Made by a program: the position numbers and the translations under genes
The notes under the pieces: generated by a model
The model's database searches: none
Told to the model about the DNA's origin: nothing
What the model saw: only the letters and a program-made list of their open reading frames with translations
Origin: Podarcis melisellensis
Taxonomy: Eukaryota
Reading direction: 5' to 3' (one strand)
DNA length: 64,000 bases
NCBI GenBank assembly: GCA_964234715.1
Contig: OZ174282.1
In this document: positions 35,191 to 46,990 of the stretch, piece by piece
How the letters are laid out: the number at the start of each line of letters is the position of its first letter
How positions within the stretch are numbered: position 1 is the first letter of the stretch

Positions 35191-36226
35191 TATTTTACTA
35201 CAATTGTTGATTTTTAACATGGCTTAGGGGCACATTTCATATCATTTGCCCAGTCATCAAGATATCCTTCTTGCAGTTCCTAAGTCCGTGGGCAGCAGAT
35301 TTATTTGGCTGGGCACAGAGGGCACCTGGTTACATTCTTCACTGCTGTTTACATTATGACAATTATTTCTAAATTTGTTTCTAAACACGTACGCGGGCAC
35401 ACACACATTTTTAAAATGAAAATTAATGTTTCCTTTTGTCCTGTTTTTGGCAGTGTGTGAGTGGTCACTCTCCTTGGCTGTGAAGTCATAAATGTCATAG
35501 TGTGAAATGAGAATATGAAAATGATTCTTCTGTTCATGTACAGAATGCCTTTGCTGCAGAACCCTGCACTCAGCATCAAGTTCCAGGCATCTGGGATTAG
35601 GAGGGAAGGGTTTCTCAGTTTGAGGTTGCAACTTGCAGGCCAGCCTGAGCCCTAGTGCCTCTGTCTTTAGGAAGAAGGCCCTGCCTAACTTGTGACCTGC
35701 CAGGCTGACAGCAACCCATCAATCAAACATGTCATCCTTATCAAGAGTTTCACAAACCTCCTCCTGTTGCTGGTGCAAAATCATTGGAGAGGAAAGCAGG
35801 CTGCTAGGAACTCTGTGTTTGTAAGACTGGCTCATGAGTTTTTCTGCTTCCCTCTTCAATATGTTTTCTTTTCTTTTTATGTAATGCTTTTCAGATTGTA
35901 GGTTTGCAGGCAGAAATTTTCTTGTTTTTAATCTGTGAACAGCACTTAGTAAATTTCAAGCACTAACATAATATTTTTAGAAGCACCAGTAATGGCTGGT
36001 GGGATGCATTTTGCTTGGTAAACACTGCTAAGTAGAAGAACACCTCCCCCCCTCCCTCCCCCCCTCTCTCACACACAACAACTCTGTTTATCCAAATGTT
36101 CTGGCATGTACTTTGATGTCTCTGTGAACAACCCTTTATTTCTTTATCCAATTTCTGAGTGCGCCAATATTTTAGATCCCACTCCGTTACGCTCTGGCAA
36201 TTTGGATAAAAAAGGTGGCACTATGT

Positions 36227-36394
36227 ACGGTTGCCAACTTTCCACCCCCTGCCTTGCCTGGTTCATGTGCCTTTAAAACAGCTTGGCATGCAGATAGTTA
36301 TCAGAAATTTAAAGTGGGAAACTCTTTGCTGTTTCATCCTCAGGCTGTTAGGAAAGGTACAGGAGCAGAACCAGTAAAACAGCAGGCAACTCTT
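36227..36394. mobile_element. old hAT-like MITE
   Basis: termini tacggttgcc / ggcaactctt; partly palindromic interior. Confidence 0.4.
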
Positions 36395-36838
36395 CCACCA
36401 CTGGGCCTTGAATGCTCTCTTAGGTATATTGAATGAAAATGTGGCAGAAGCTGTTGCTCTTGATTACAGGGTCATGTGTGCTTACATGGTTGCTATGAAG
36501 ATGAGATTCCAAGCCATCCCAACTCATTGTGAAGGTTCTATTGATGCTCTTTGACTGCCTGGACTACGTTGGAAAGGCATTTTGCCTCCATTTCAGTGAT
36601 CTTTGACAGTGACTTACCACTCCTACCATTCCGATTCATGGAATATTTATTTGATTCTTACTAATTTGTGACTCCATGCACATATTATATGTCTTCTGTT
36701 TATGAATTTTGAAGCAGTATAGTGTTATAAAAATATTGTCAGTATATTATTAGCCGCCATGTTGCTTGTTGTTGTTGTTCAGAGTGTTCTGTTTTGCAAC
36801 ACAGGATATTTTCTTTGGTGGTCTACATTACTGGCAGA

Positions 36839-37260
36839 CAGAGCCGTCTTTCCCATAGGGCTTAGTGGTGCGTCGTGCCAGGGCGCCAGCCTCTCAGGGG
36901 CACCCCAGCGAGTGGGGGAGCTGTGCGGCTTTGCTGGTGGCCTCCCCTTTCCCTGCACGCCCGCCAGCTGTGCCCCGCCAACCATATGACTGGCAGGCAT
37001 GCAGCATACCTCCCAAGCTTCCGCAGGAGGAGAGTGATCCCTGCAGAGGCTTAGGATGGAAGCTGCACCCCGCCAACCATATGGCTGGCAGGTGCACAGC
37101 TTCCCTCCCAAGCCTGTGCGAGGATCGCTCTCCCGCAGCAGCATGGGGGAGAGTTGCGCCCCCCAATGGCTGGCAGTCCGTAGCTCTCCCCCACTATTCA
37201 TGGTAATTTTGGGGCACTGGGAGGATATTTGCACCCTGGCATCTGCTGAAGACGGCCCTG
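36839..37260. mobile_element. hAT (Tip100-like) non-autonomous element
   Basis: TIR cagagccgtctt / aagacggccctg (11/12); TSD ctggcaga / ctggcaaa; 95-bp-period palindromic units. Confidence 0.85.
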
Positions 37261-38934
37261 CTGGCAAAAGCACCTTTGGGCGATTATTGCTATTGCCAAG
37301 TTTCCTGCTGCTTGGCTGCCTGTGACTGTCCTGGTCCACTATTGCCACATCTGAGAAGGAGAAACAGTTTGAAATGAGTGCTGATCACCCGGCCCCAAAG
37401 ACGTCTGGTGGAAATAGACCACTGGGAATTGAATCATGGAAGCCAGTTATGAGCATTTGAGAGCATGGTCCAGGTGGGCACAAGAAACTCATCCCGATCC
37501 AGAAATGAAAGGTCATGGAGAGCAAAGCAAGAAGGGGTTGAAAGGTTCTGGTCTTGCTCCAAACCTCAGCTTAAGCACCCACAGAGGTCAGCTGTGGGTG
37601 AGATGGAAAGGCAAGGCAGATGAAACAGAGGAAGGCATCAACTGCTATTGTTCTGCTTGCATCATTAAAGCTTTCAGAAGGGAACCACGCTGTGCTAACA
37701 GGACTGGAATTTCCCATTAGTCAAACTAGCAGCCGTGAACATTAATAAGGTGCATGTTTAACAAAATATCTCTCCCCCTCCTTCTCCCCCTTCGCCCCTC
37801 CTCATTCTAAGGAACAGGTTGCAATTAAACCCCTGCTCTTTAAATGCAAGCTCAGAGAGAGGAAAAATTGGTATAAAATATGAAAAGGCCCGGCTCCTCT
37901 CTAATATTCACCGTAATGAGATAAACTTAATTGAACATTTTACAATGTCATCCTCATTTCCCTTTTTAATTAGGTCCTTCTTCCAGAACAACATTAGACC
38001 ATATGATTGCGAGCCGTTCGTTATGGAAAGCGCCACAAACGAAAATTAGCAAGGGGTTAAGAAGGCACCAAAGGGATGCTCCGCCAGAGCTTTTAGAAAC
38101 CCATTAGAAGCGGAGTGCTGGGAAAGGGGAAGAGGCGAGGCTAAAGCTCAGCCAGGTGCTTTGGCTATGCCTTCCCCCAGCCAGGCCTTTCCTCTGATCC
38201 AGACCTGCGGGTCTCTATCAGGTCAGCACTGCAATCACAGGGCTAGGGAGGGCTGGGTGGATTTCAAAGGGGTTTGAAATGATGATGCCAGGAGGGACTG
38301 GCAATGAGGGGGGCATGATGAATATCTGCAGATTATTACCTCCTAAAGTGAACCCCACCTATTTGCTGCTGTAAGCTTGTGTCCTAAAATTAAGTTTTGT
38401 GCCTGTTTTAGCCAGAGCTGCATGTATGTATTTGTGTGTGTGTGGTGGGAAAACAGTGGCTCAATCGTGCAAGCTGTCACACAATGAAGCCAAGTGCATA
38501 TGTTCTGCACAGTGGGGGTTCACATCTTTGCACACAATTCCGCTAATGGCGCAGATGCTGTCAAGGCTGCTGGGTGACAAACATCCCTGTGCCTTTGAGG
38601 GCCAGGCTGCACATCACATGCTAATGTGCATGACGGCAACCGAAAAGTCCCCCTTTCCAATATTTAAGTAGGAAAAACGTCAACAGGAAGGGGAGTTTGG
38701 GATCATGGATGTAGCAAAAGATGGGGGAAACTCAACCCTTTTGACACCTATTTCTCCAAACATTCCCCAAGCAGCTTTTCTGTCTCCCCTTCATGTAGGG
38801 TTGCCAGTGTGTCTCCCCCTCCAGAAAAGGAAAAGACTTTGGGGAGGGGGCTGTTAGGAATGGAGAAATGCCAGGCATGGAAATGGTGAAGCACCCCTCC
38901 CCTTCACTGCTCCTGTGATCCCAACTGTCACCGA

Positions 38935-38990
<56 letters not shown>
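38935..38990. repeat. (AAT)n microsatellite
   Basis: direct reading. Confidence 0.98.
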
Positions 38991-39046
38991 GTTGGCCTCA
39001 AGCTGTATTTTTATTTTATATCTTTTTATTTTCAAAGATCTTTATA

Positions 39047-39272
39047 CAGTGGTACCTCGGGTTAAGTACTTAATTCATTCTGGAGGTCCGTTCTTAACCT
39101 GAAACTATTCTTAACCTGAAGCACCACTTTAGCTAATGGGGCCTCCTGCTGCTGCCGCGCCACCGGAGCACGATTTCTGTTCTCATCCTGAAGCAAAGTT
39201 CTTAACCTGAGGTACTATTTCTGGGTTAGTGGAGTCTGTAACCTGAAGTGTATGTAACCTGAGGTACCACTG
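39047..39272 (+). mobile_element. Tigger/pogo-like MITE
   Basis: TA TSD; TIR cagtggtacctcgggtta / taacctgaggtaccactg; four copies in the window. Confidence 0.92.
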
Positions 39273-39340
39273 TACAGAAAAAAAATCATGGCATTAACAT
39301 TATAAAATCAACAATAAAATTGCACCCATAAAACAAAAAC

Positions 39341-39592
39341 AGAAGGAGAAGAAGAAGAGTTTGGATTTGATATCACGCTTTATCACTACCCTAAGGAGTC
39401 TCAAAGCAGCTAACAATCTCCTTTTCCCTTTCTCCCCCACAACAAACACTCTGTGAGGTGAGTGAGGCTGAGAGACTTCAGAGAAGTGTGTCTAGCTCAA
39501 GGTCACCCAGCAGCTGCATGTGGAGGAGCAGGGACACGAACCTGGTTCACCAGATTACGAGTCCACCGCTCTTAACCACTACACCACACTGG
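39341..39592 (-). mobile_element. tRNA-derived CORE/MIR-like SINE
   Basis: minus strand: ccagtgtggtgtagtggttaagagcgg (A box)...ggttcgtgtcc (B box)...ctcacctcacagagtgtttgttgtggg core; related copies at ~15250-15410, 19100-19200, 23690-23845, 61315-61485. Confidence 0.85.
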
Positions 39593-39884
39593 TTCCCTGA
39601 AGACATCACAAATCAGTAGAGATCAGATGAATACATTCACATAGCTGGATCAGCCCTCAGGGAAAGCCTGAGTGATGTGTAGTGGCTTATTGTGTGTTGT
39701 CTACTTCCTCTGCTAAGATCCACAGGTTCAGTTTCTTTTGAAAAAGAGCACTGGAGGCCAATCAGTGACTCCATTTAAACAAATATGCAGAGCAGAAAGA
39801 GAACAGGCATTACTACAAGGCAGCAGATTTGCCACCCCACATCAGACCACCCAAGAGATGCCCATGTCCTCAAGGGGCCTCCAG

Positions 39885-40195
39885 CCTACTCATGTCCAGT
39901 GTACCTGAACAATGAGAGATTCAGGACATGCAGAAAGGAAGCAATTATTCACACAGCACAGCATACTGTTTAACTGTGGAATTCACTCCCAGCACAAGAG
40001 GTGGTGATAGCCACCAATTATAGACAGCTTTATAAGGTGATTCGACACCATCACAGTGGAGAAGACTATCGCTGGCTACTAGTCATAGTGATGATGGCTA
40101 TTGCTTTCTCAAGGATTGGGATTGCATGTCTCTGAATGCCAGTTGCTAGGGGAGAACAGTGTGTAAATGCTATTGCCTTCAGGTCCTGAGCTAAC
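39885..40195 (+). mobile_element. CR1 3' fragment
   Basis: agattcaggaca...ctgtggaattcactccc...gccaccaa...ggctactag. Confidence 0.75.
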
Positions 40196-40377
40196 AGGCA
40201 GCCAACAGGTAGTTAAGAAACCAGCTGTAAAGCCTGGGTTGGGAGAAAACAGATCTGCTTCTCGGAAGGAAAATGTCTGGCTGGTTTGTTTTTGAGTTGA
40301 CATTAGTTTGGAGAGCAACAGCAAACCACAAAGTGATTAGTCCAACATTTCATTTCCTACAGTGGTCGACCATATCC

Positions 40378-40925
40378 ATGTGGGAAGCCCACAAGGAGGA
40401 CAGGAGGGCAAAGGCCTTCCTTGTTGTTATTCCCTATCCAAGTTGGTAGCCCTCACTGCCTCCTGTGGGAGCAAGTACCAAAGTTCAGCTACGTGCTTCA
40501 TGAAGAAGTCCTTTCTTTTATCTTCCAAAATTCAGCTTTATTGGATGGCCACAAGTTCTAGCATTAAGAGGGAGAAAGAAAATTGTTTCTCTGTCCACTT
40601 TCTCAATAGCATGCATAAATTTACAAACTATCATATCGTCTCTTACTCATCTTTTCTCTAAAAATCCCAAGCACTGGAACCTTTCTCCACAGAAGAGTCA
40701 ATCCGCCCCCTTGATAATTTTGCTCACCCTTTCTGAACCCTCCTTTCTGAGGGGAGGCGACCAGAACTATACACAGTATTCCAAATGCAGCCACACCATA
40801 ACTGCATTGCGATATTGACAATTTTATTTTAAATTCCTTTCTAATGATACCTAGCATGGAATTTGCTTTTTTCATCCCTACTGCACACTGGGTCAACATC
40901 TTCACTGAGCTATCAGCTACGACCC
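40378..40925 (-). mobile_element. CR1 ORF2 C-terminal fragment
   Basis: TQCAVGMKKANSMLGIIRK motif; gaatactgtgtatagttctggtcgcc (EYCV.FWSP). Confidence 0.85.
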
Positions 40926-40966
40926 ACTTTCTGCACCTCTCCATTGGGAGAAGTGACCATTTAGCT

Positions 40967-41165
40967 CAGAGCTTTCCAAACTGTGTGTTGTGACACGTTA
41001 GTGTGTCGGCTGCAGTGTGCAGGTGTGTGACGCGAATGCTCCCCGCGCTCCTCTGGGGCCTGGAAAGCGGTTAGTTTAATCTCCAGTTTGCCATTAAAAC
41101 TGAATGACTGTGCTGTGAAATGATGCACAGGTATGTCACCAACATGAGAAGTTGGGAAAGCTCTG
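40967..41165. mobile_element. hAT MITE
   Basis: TIR cagagctttccaaact / agttgggaaagctctg (15/16); TSD only partly preserved. Confidence 0.75.
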
Positions 41166-42584
41166 ATTTCATCCTACTCTCTACTTCCTGCTACTTCACC
41201 AATTCCTGATCCATAAGAGAACCTCTTGCTGCTAATGCTGTGAGCCCTTCTGTCGTATGCTCAGCCTGCATGTATGTGTAAATAAAGCCAGTTATCAGCA
41301 CCATCATCCCCAGTGACCTTCATTCAAAGGAAACCAAACACAAGGTCTCACTGCTCAGAAATAAGGGTGTGTGGGAGCCCAGTAGCAGAGCCCACATACA
41401 GCATCTGGAAGTTCATTGGTTTAATCTCTGGCAGCATCTCTGGGAAATACTAGGAAAGATCCCTGGAAAGTTCTTGCCAGTCAGTGCAGACAATAATGGG
41501 CTACATGGACAAACGATCTGACTTGGTATAAGGCAACTTTCTGTGATAAAATATATCACCCCAATATATTGCAAGTTTAAAGGTCTGCTTTAAAGTTTAT
41601 TTCAATAGCCCAAGCATATGGAATATTCTTTGTGGAGTTATGGAATAATGGAATATAGTTACACACGATAAGGAATATGGCTATTTGGAATATCAGATAT
41701 TTCAATAGCCCAAGAATGTTGACTATTTTTTACTGTCAATAATTCAAGAAGGTGGCTGCCCCTTTTTGCCCAACCCTCCGGGCTGGCAGAGTTTTTACAA
41801 TTCACCAGGCAGAAGTAATAGAGGAGGCTATGGAAACCCTTCAGGGCAGGGTTGTTTGATTTAATAAGACCCTTTTGGCACAGGAGCCCTGATCTGCAGT
41901 GGAAAACAAGAGTTGGGGACCTGCAGTTTCCTTGTTCTGGGCTCCCAAACAAGCTCCCAGAGCTAGTCCTATGCGGACCCTTCCAAAATTGATGGATGCC
42001 TTTAGCTTTTGGCCGACGTTGCTGTACATTTAATTTTATGCTCCTATGCATTAGTCTTAATGACAGTCAGTGTAGTAGGTTAGGATTCTGGTGTGTGTGT
42101 GTAGATTTATTGCCATGAGCCCCCTTCGGTGCCCAAATTTTTATAAGAGGGAATACCGGTATTTAGGGAATCTTGAGGCTCCTGGGGGGATCCTCTTCCC
42201 TGATCCCCTTTCAACTTAGAGCAAAGAAATTCATTGAGATTAATTCAGCTCTTGCCCTACCTCTCCATCAGTGACTGATGGAACTTCCCACCCTCCAGAG
42301 CCTTGGAATCAAGAATTAATCTCGTTTAGTAACGTAAACAACCTAATAAAACTCTGAAAAAAAGGGAGAAAGATGAGCTAACACTTTGATTTAATGACCT
42401 TGTCATTAGGGATTCATTAGATATTCATAGCGATAGCACAATGGAGCTGGCACAGTTTCGTAGGCAAACATTCAGACTTGGAGGACTTTGGGGGTTCATT
42501 GGCATGCGGCATGCATGGCATCCTCCATGGCACCTTGGTGGGGCAGCAGAAAGACAAGCATGCTTTTCCTTGGCTTTGGAGCGC

Positions 42585-42709
42585 CAGCCTCTGCCAACCT
42601 GGGGCCCTCCAGATGTCGTTGGATGGCCACTCCCATCAGCCCCAGCCAGCACAATGCTGTGGGGGAGTTGTAGCCCAACATCTTGAGGGCACCCAGTTGG
42701 TGAAGGCTG
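42585..42709. mobile_element. palindromic hAT MITE
   Basis: same gccctccagatg...catct.gagggc family as 12118; more decayed copies at ~11490, 13755, 32512, 57125. Confidence 0.7.
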
Positions 42710-42955
42710 GCCTATACTGTACTGATGATAGGGAAAGAGTTTATTCGCGGTGAAGACAGACAGCACTCCTCAGCCTGCTTTAAAACAGGGCTCTTCTTTG
42801 ATTGATCTTTTCATGCATCTTTCAAATTAATATGTATTATTATTGTTTTCTTTTTTGAGTTTATGTAGATTTAAAAATAAAAATATAAAAAAATATTTAT
42901 TTAAAGGTGTGCCCCCCACTTCTTCCTTCGTTCCTTCCTTTCTTATTTTTATATA

Positions 42956-43180
42956 CAGTGATACCTCGGGTTACAGACACTTCAGGTTACAGATGCTTCG
43001 GGTTACAAACTCCACTAACCAGGAAGTGGTTGCTCCAGGTTAAGAACTTTGCCTCAGGATAAGAACGGAAATCGCACTCAAGCACTGCAGCGGCAACAGG
43101 AGGCCCCATTAGCAAAAGCACACCTCAGGTTAAGAACCATTTCAGGTTAAGAATTAAGTTCTTAATCCGAGGTGCCACTG
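42956..43180 (-). mobile_element. Tigger/pogo-like MITE
   Basis: TA TSD, TIRs; reverse copy of the 39047 family. Confidence 0.88.
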
Positions 43181-43910
43181 TACTTTTCTTTTCTCCATTA
43201 CTAACAGGTTCATAATATTCTAACAGATGGATTAATGATACTAATTTATACGACTTTTTAAATTTAGCAATATCTTTCTTTCTCTCCATTTATTTTTGAC
43301 TTTTTGATTAGCAAGGCACTCTCATAACACAATGATGAGATAATGCTGTTATACTTGTGATGATATGGAAGTGTATTTCCGAGCTTTAAAATACAACAAA
43401 AGAAAACAAGGCTCTTCCAGTACATTTGATGGGCCTGGTGTACAAAAAACGGTAAAGTCAGATGGTACCATTGCTTGACCAGTTTGCCACTGCAGACTGC
43501 AGACAAGGCCACTTTGGATGCTGGTGGGAGACAGTTTAGAGAGTTTGGGAGTGGGTGGTAATTGGCGTTTGAGATGGAAAAAGTATTTGTATGATAGGGA
43601 ATTCAGAAATACCCAGCTCAGGACTGTACATCTTTGGCAGAGTTGTATGATGTTACAGGGGATTCTGTGGGTAGTGCCAGAGCCCTACATAGCTTAGGGG
43701 GATGGTGGAATGTCAATATTCTCTTGACGCCAGTGCCACTGTAGCTTACCTAGATGGTGCTGATGTGAGCCAGAACACTGGTGAGCTCAGGGGTGCACTG
43801 GTGGAGTCAATCCTTGCTGCTGCTTTGCTGCAACCCATACCACACTGCCCATATCAAACTGCCTGCTTTGGATCCTGGGGCTGTGAAAACCTTTGTTTAA
43901 TTTGAAGGTA

Positions 43911-44135
43911 CAGTGGTACCTTGGGTTACAGACGCTTCAGGTTACAGACACTTTAGGTTACAGACTCCGCTAACCCAGAAATTGTACCTCGGGCTAGGAA
44001 CTTTGTTTCAGGATGAGAACAGTAATTGCGCAGCAGTGGTGTGGCAGCAGCGGGAGGCCCCATTAGCTAAAGTGGTGCTTCAGGTTAAGAACAGAGCTCC
44101 AGAACGAATTAAGTACTTAACCTGAGTATCTCTGT
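43911..44135 (-). mobile_element. Tigger/pogo-like MITE
   Basis: same family; right TIR degenerate. Confidence 0.85.
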
Positions 44136-46279
44136 CTTGCTTCCACAGTGATTGGCACAGGGCCACCTTGAGCTTGTAATGAGAGTGACTAGTGTTAATT
44201 CATGGCAAACCTTGTGATTATGTATATTCTCTTCCTTTAACCTTTGCATTCCCCAGGAGCTACTGCTGGGGGCAGACTGTGCACTAAACGAAACAACCCA
44301 AATCTTGTTTGCACCCAATTCTAGCACAGAGAACGCAACACACAAGAGAGAGGCGCTGTCATTTTAGTCAAAGCAAATATCCCTCTCTAATGGAAAACTT
44401 TTGGTGCTTGATTTCAGTCACTGTTGCTGCTTTCCTTAACTGCTGTTTCTAACTATACTTGTACATTTTGTACTGTGAATGAACGCAGAGTTCCTTAACA
44501 GGTTCTCAGTCTGGGAATAGATCTTTGAGAACTTCTGAAAGAAGGCCAACAGCTTTCAGTTACAACGCCCAGAACCAAGTAGCAGACAACTTCTTAAAAA
44601 CAAAAGGATAGACAAGATGGAATATTCTAAGACAATATACAGCTTTAAAATACAGCCCCAGACCTCCTTGAACTTCGGGCATCTGCTCCAGGCTGGAGCA
44701 TAGGCTGTAGAAGTCCTTTCGCTGTTTTCACATCAGACTAGAGAAGGATGTCATGAATCCCAAGGAGACATTGTGGAGGGGCAGGTTGAGTTCTGTTAGG
44801 ACCACTGGGACCATAGACCGAGCACGCACACAGGTCCAGCTGGTCACAGCCTTCCCCATTATGGTGAGATTACTGCGTTTCTCTTGAAATTATAGTTTGC
44901 ACCTATATCTATAAATTAGCACATATGCATTTTTAAAATGCAAATAAGTGTCCTCTTTTATACTTTCTCTTGAAGGTAGATTTTCTCACTCTTGGCCAAG
45001 CACACAGCCTGATTGCCCAGCTGATGGGGGAAAAACAGATGTGAGTTTCAAGATTAGCTATGGAAAAATGACGACCATCTTGACCACTTGATCCCAGTTG
45101 CCCTACTGCTATTATGCAGATTATGTGGGTCTTACATGTTCCAAATAAAACTGTACTGTGGTGGTATCATTAGTCTGTTGTCTTTCTGGTTTAAACAAGA
45201 AATAAAGTCATACCAGGCTGCATAAAAGGAATGTGGCTGATTATGCTGTGAACTGCCCCGAGATCTACAGATGAAAGGTGGTATACAAAATTAATAAACA
45301 ACAACAACAACAGTTATTATTACTGGCCAGGTGCCTTATGAGCAAGCTGTCTGTCTAGCAACTCCTCCTCCTCTACATTCATGAAACAGGAATAATAATA
45401 TGCTTTACATGTAGGGACTGTGTTTCTCCAACTCCATCCATCTTCTTCAAAGTCTGGTGGGTTGAGAACAGGACTAAGGGGAAAGCTGTCTCTAAGTTGT
45501 GAGTTCAAAGCAAAGAGGAAACCTGAAAGTTTTCTTAGGTTCAAGGAGTATCCTCTGACTCTCTGACCTGGTCATTTTAATAGATTTAGGGATTATCCAA
45601 AATTTCTCTTCTCCCACTGCTCTCCCTGCCCCCACCTTTAGAACTCACCCAGATTGCCATTTATTCTGATCTATCCATAAGCAGTGGATTTTCTTTGGGA
45701 AAGGAGTGGAACAAGGTGAAAACCACCTGCACCTGTGTCTAGACAGCATGGGTTAAGCTGAAAATACCATACATTTAAAGCATGTCCCCCACCCACCCTG
45801 GAAACCTGGGAACTGTAGTTCCCCACCACAGAACTATACTTCCCACCACCTTTAGCAAACTACAGTTCCCAGGATTCTGAGGTGGGAATGGGATGTGCTT
45901 TAAATGTATATGTTGTGTGAAGTGGCAATTCCCATCTTGGCCATTTTCTAGGTTATGGTGCATGGAGGACTGAAGTCTTCTGGTTGTTCCAGCATCTCCC
46001 ATTTGAGCAATGAAACTTCAGGAAGGTATATGTGTCTGTGTAGCCTTTAGGGCAGGTTTTGCTTGCTTAGCACAGTTGCAAAGGGGTTCATAATCCAATG
46101 ACCTGGATGGGTGAGGGAGTTCCCCCCTCTTTCCCCCCCAATCCTAATTTTTTTGAGAGATGCTAGAACACCTTCGCTGCACATGCTAATTTGCTTTGTA
46201 TGGGGAATTTTTATTTTGGAGGGAGGAGCATTCAGTATATTACAATACAACGCGGTTGTTTTTTTTTTACACAGTTTAA

Positions 46280-46990
46280 TATCACTTAAAACTAAGTGAG
46301 CAGAAGAGTTAAGAATAGATATAATAGGTCTGAGTTAAGAGACAGGAAGTCTGTTAAGCAAAACATTAGAATAATCAACAGAAGATAGAATGTGGGTCTG
46401 AATAAAGGCTTTGGTAGAATCAGAAGATAAGAGAGCATGAATTTTAGAAATACTACAAACAGGCAGACCTAAGCTACATCAGTAATGGGAACTGAGAAAG
46501 ATCAAAGATAACACCCAAGCCCTTAACTTGCTGAGAAGACTGAAGAGTTATGCTGCTATTTGAGAGTCAAAGAGAAGGTGAAAGAGGGATTTTTTTTGGG
46601 AGGGAGGGGGAGGGAATATATAATCAATCCTGTCTTCTACATATTGAGTTTGAGATAACAATCTTGACATCCAAGCAGAACTAGCTGCAAGACAATTGGA
46701 AATATTAGTAAGCGGGGGAGAGAAAGAGAGAGCAGGAAAGATAGAACTGGATTTCATCAGTCCAACAGACGAAAAGCCAAAATCAGATGGGCAAGAGGAA
46801 GAGTACACAGAATGAAGGAAATGAGAGAAGGAAACTGAGGGCATCTACCTTTGGAAGGATGCTAGGACTGAAACAAAAAGGAGACAATGCCAAACCCTGG
46901 GAAGGAAACGAACACAAGAATGAGACCAGCCATATCAAAAGCTGAATGAAGATAAGTGAGGCTATGAACAAATGAGCTCCTCTCAGCATA
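46280..46990 (-). mobile_element. ancient L2 RT-domain fragment
   Basis: LTYLHSAFDM (cf. LLDLSAAFDT) and NISNCLAASSAWMS (cf. RIS.CL.DI..WM) on the minus strand. Confidence 0.65.
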
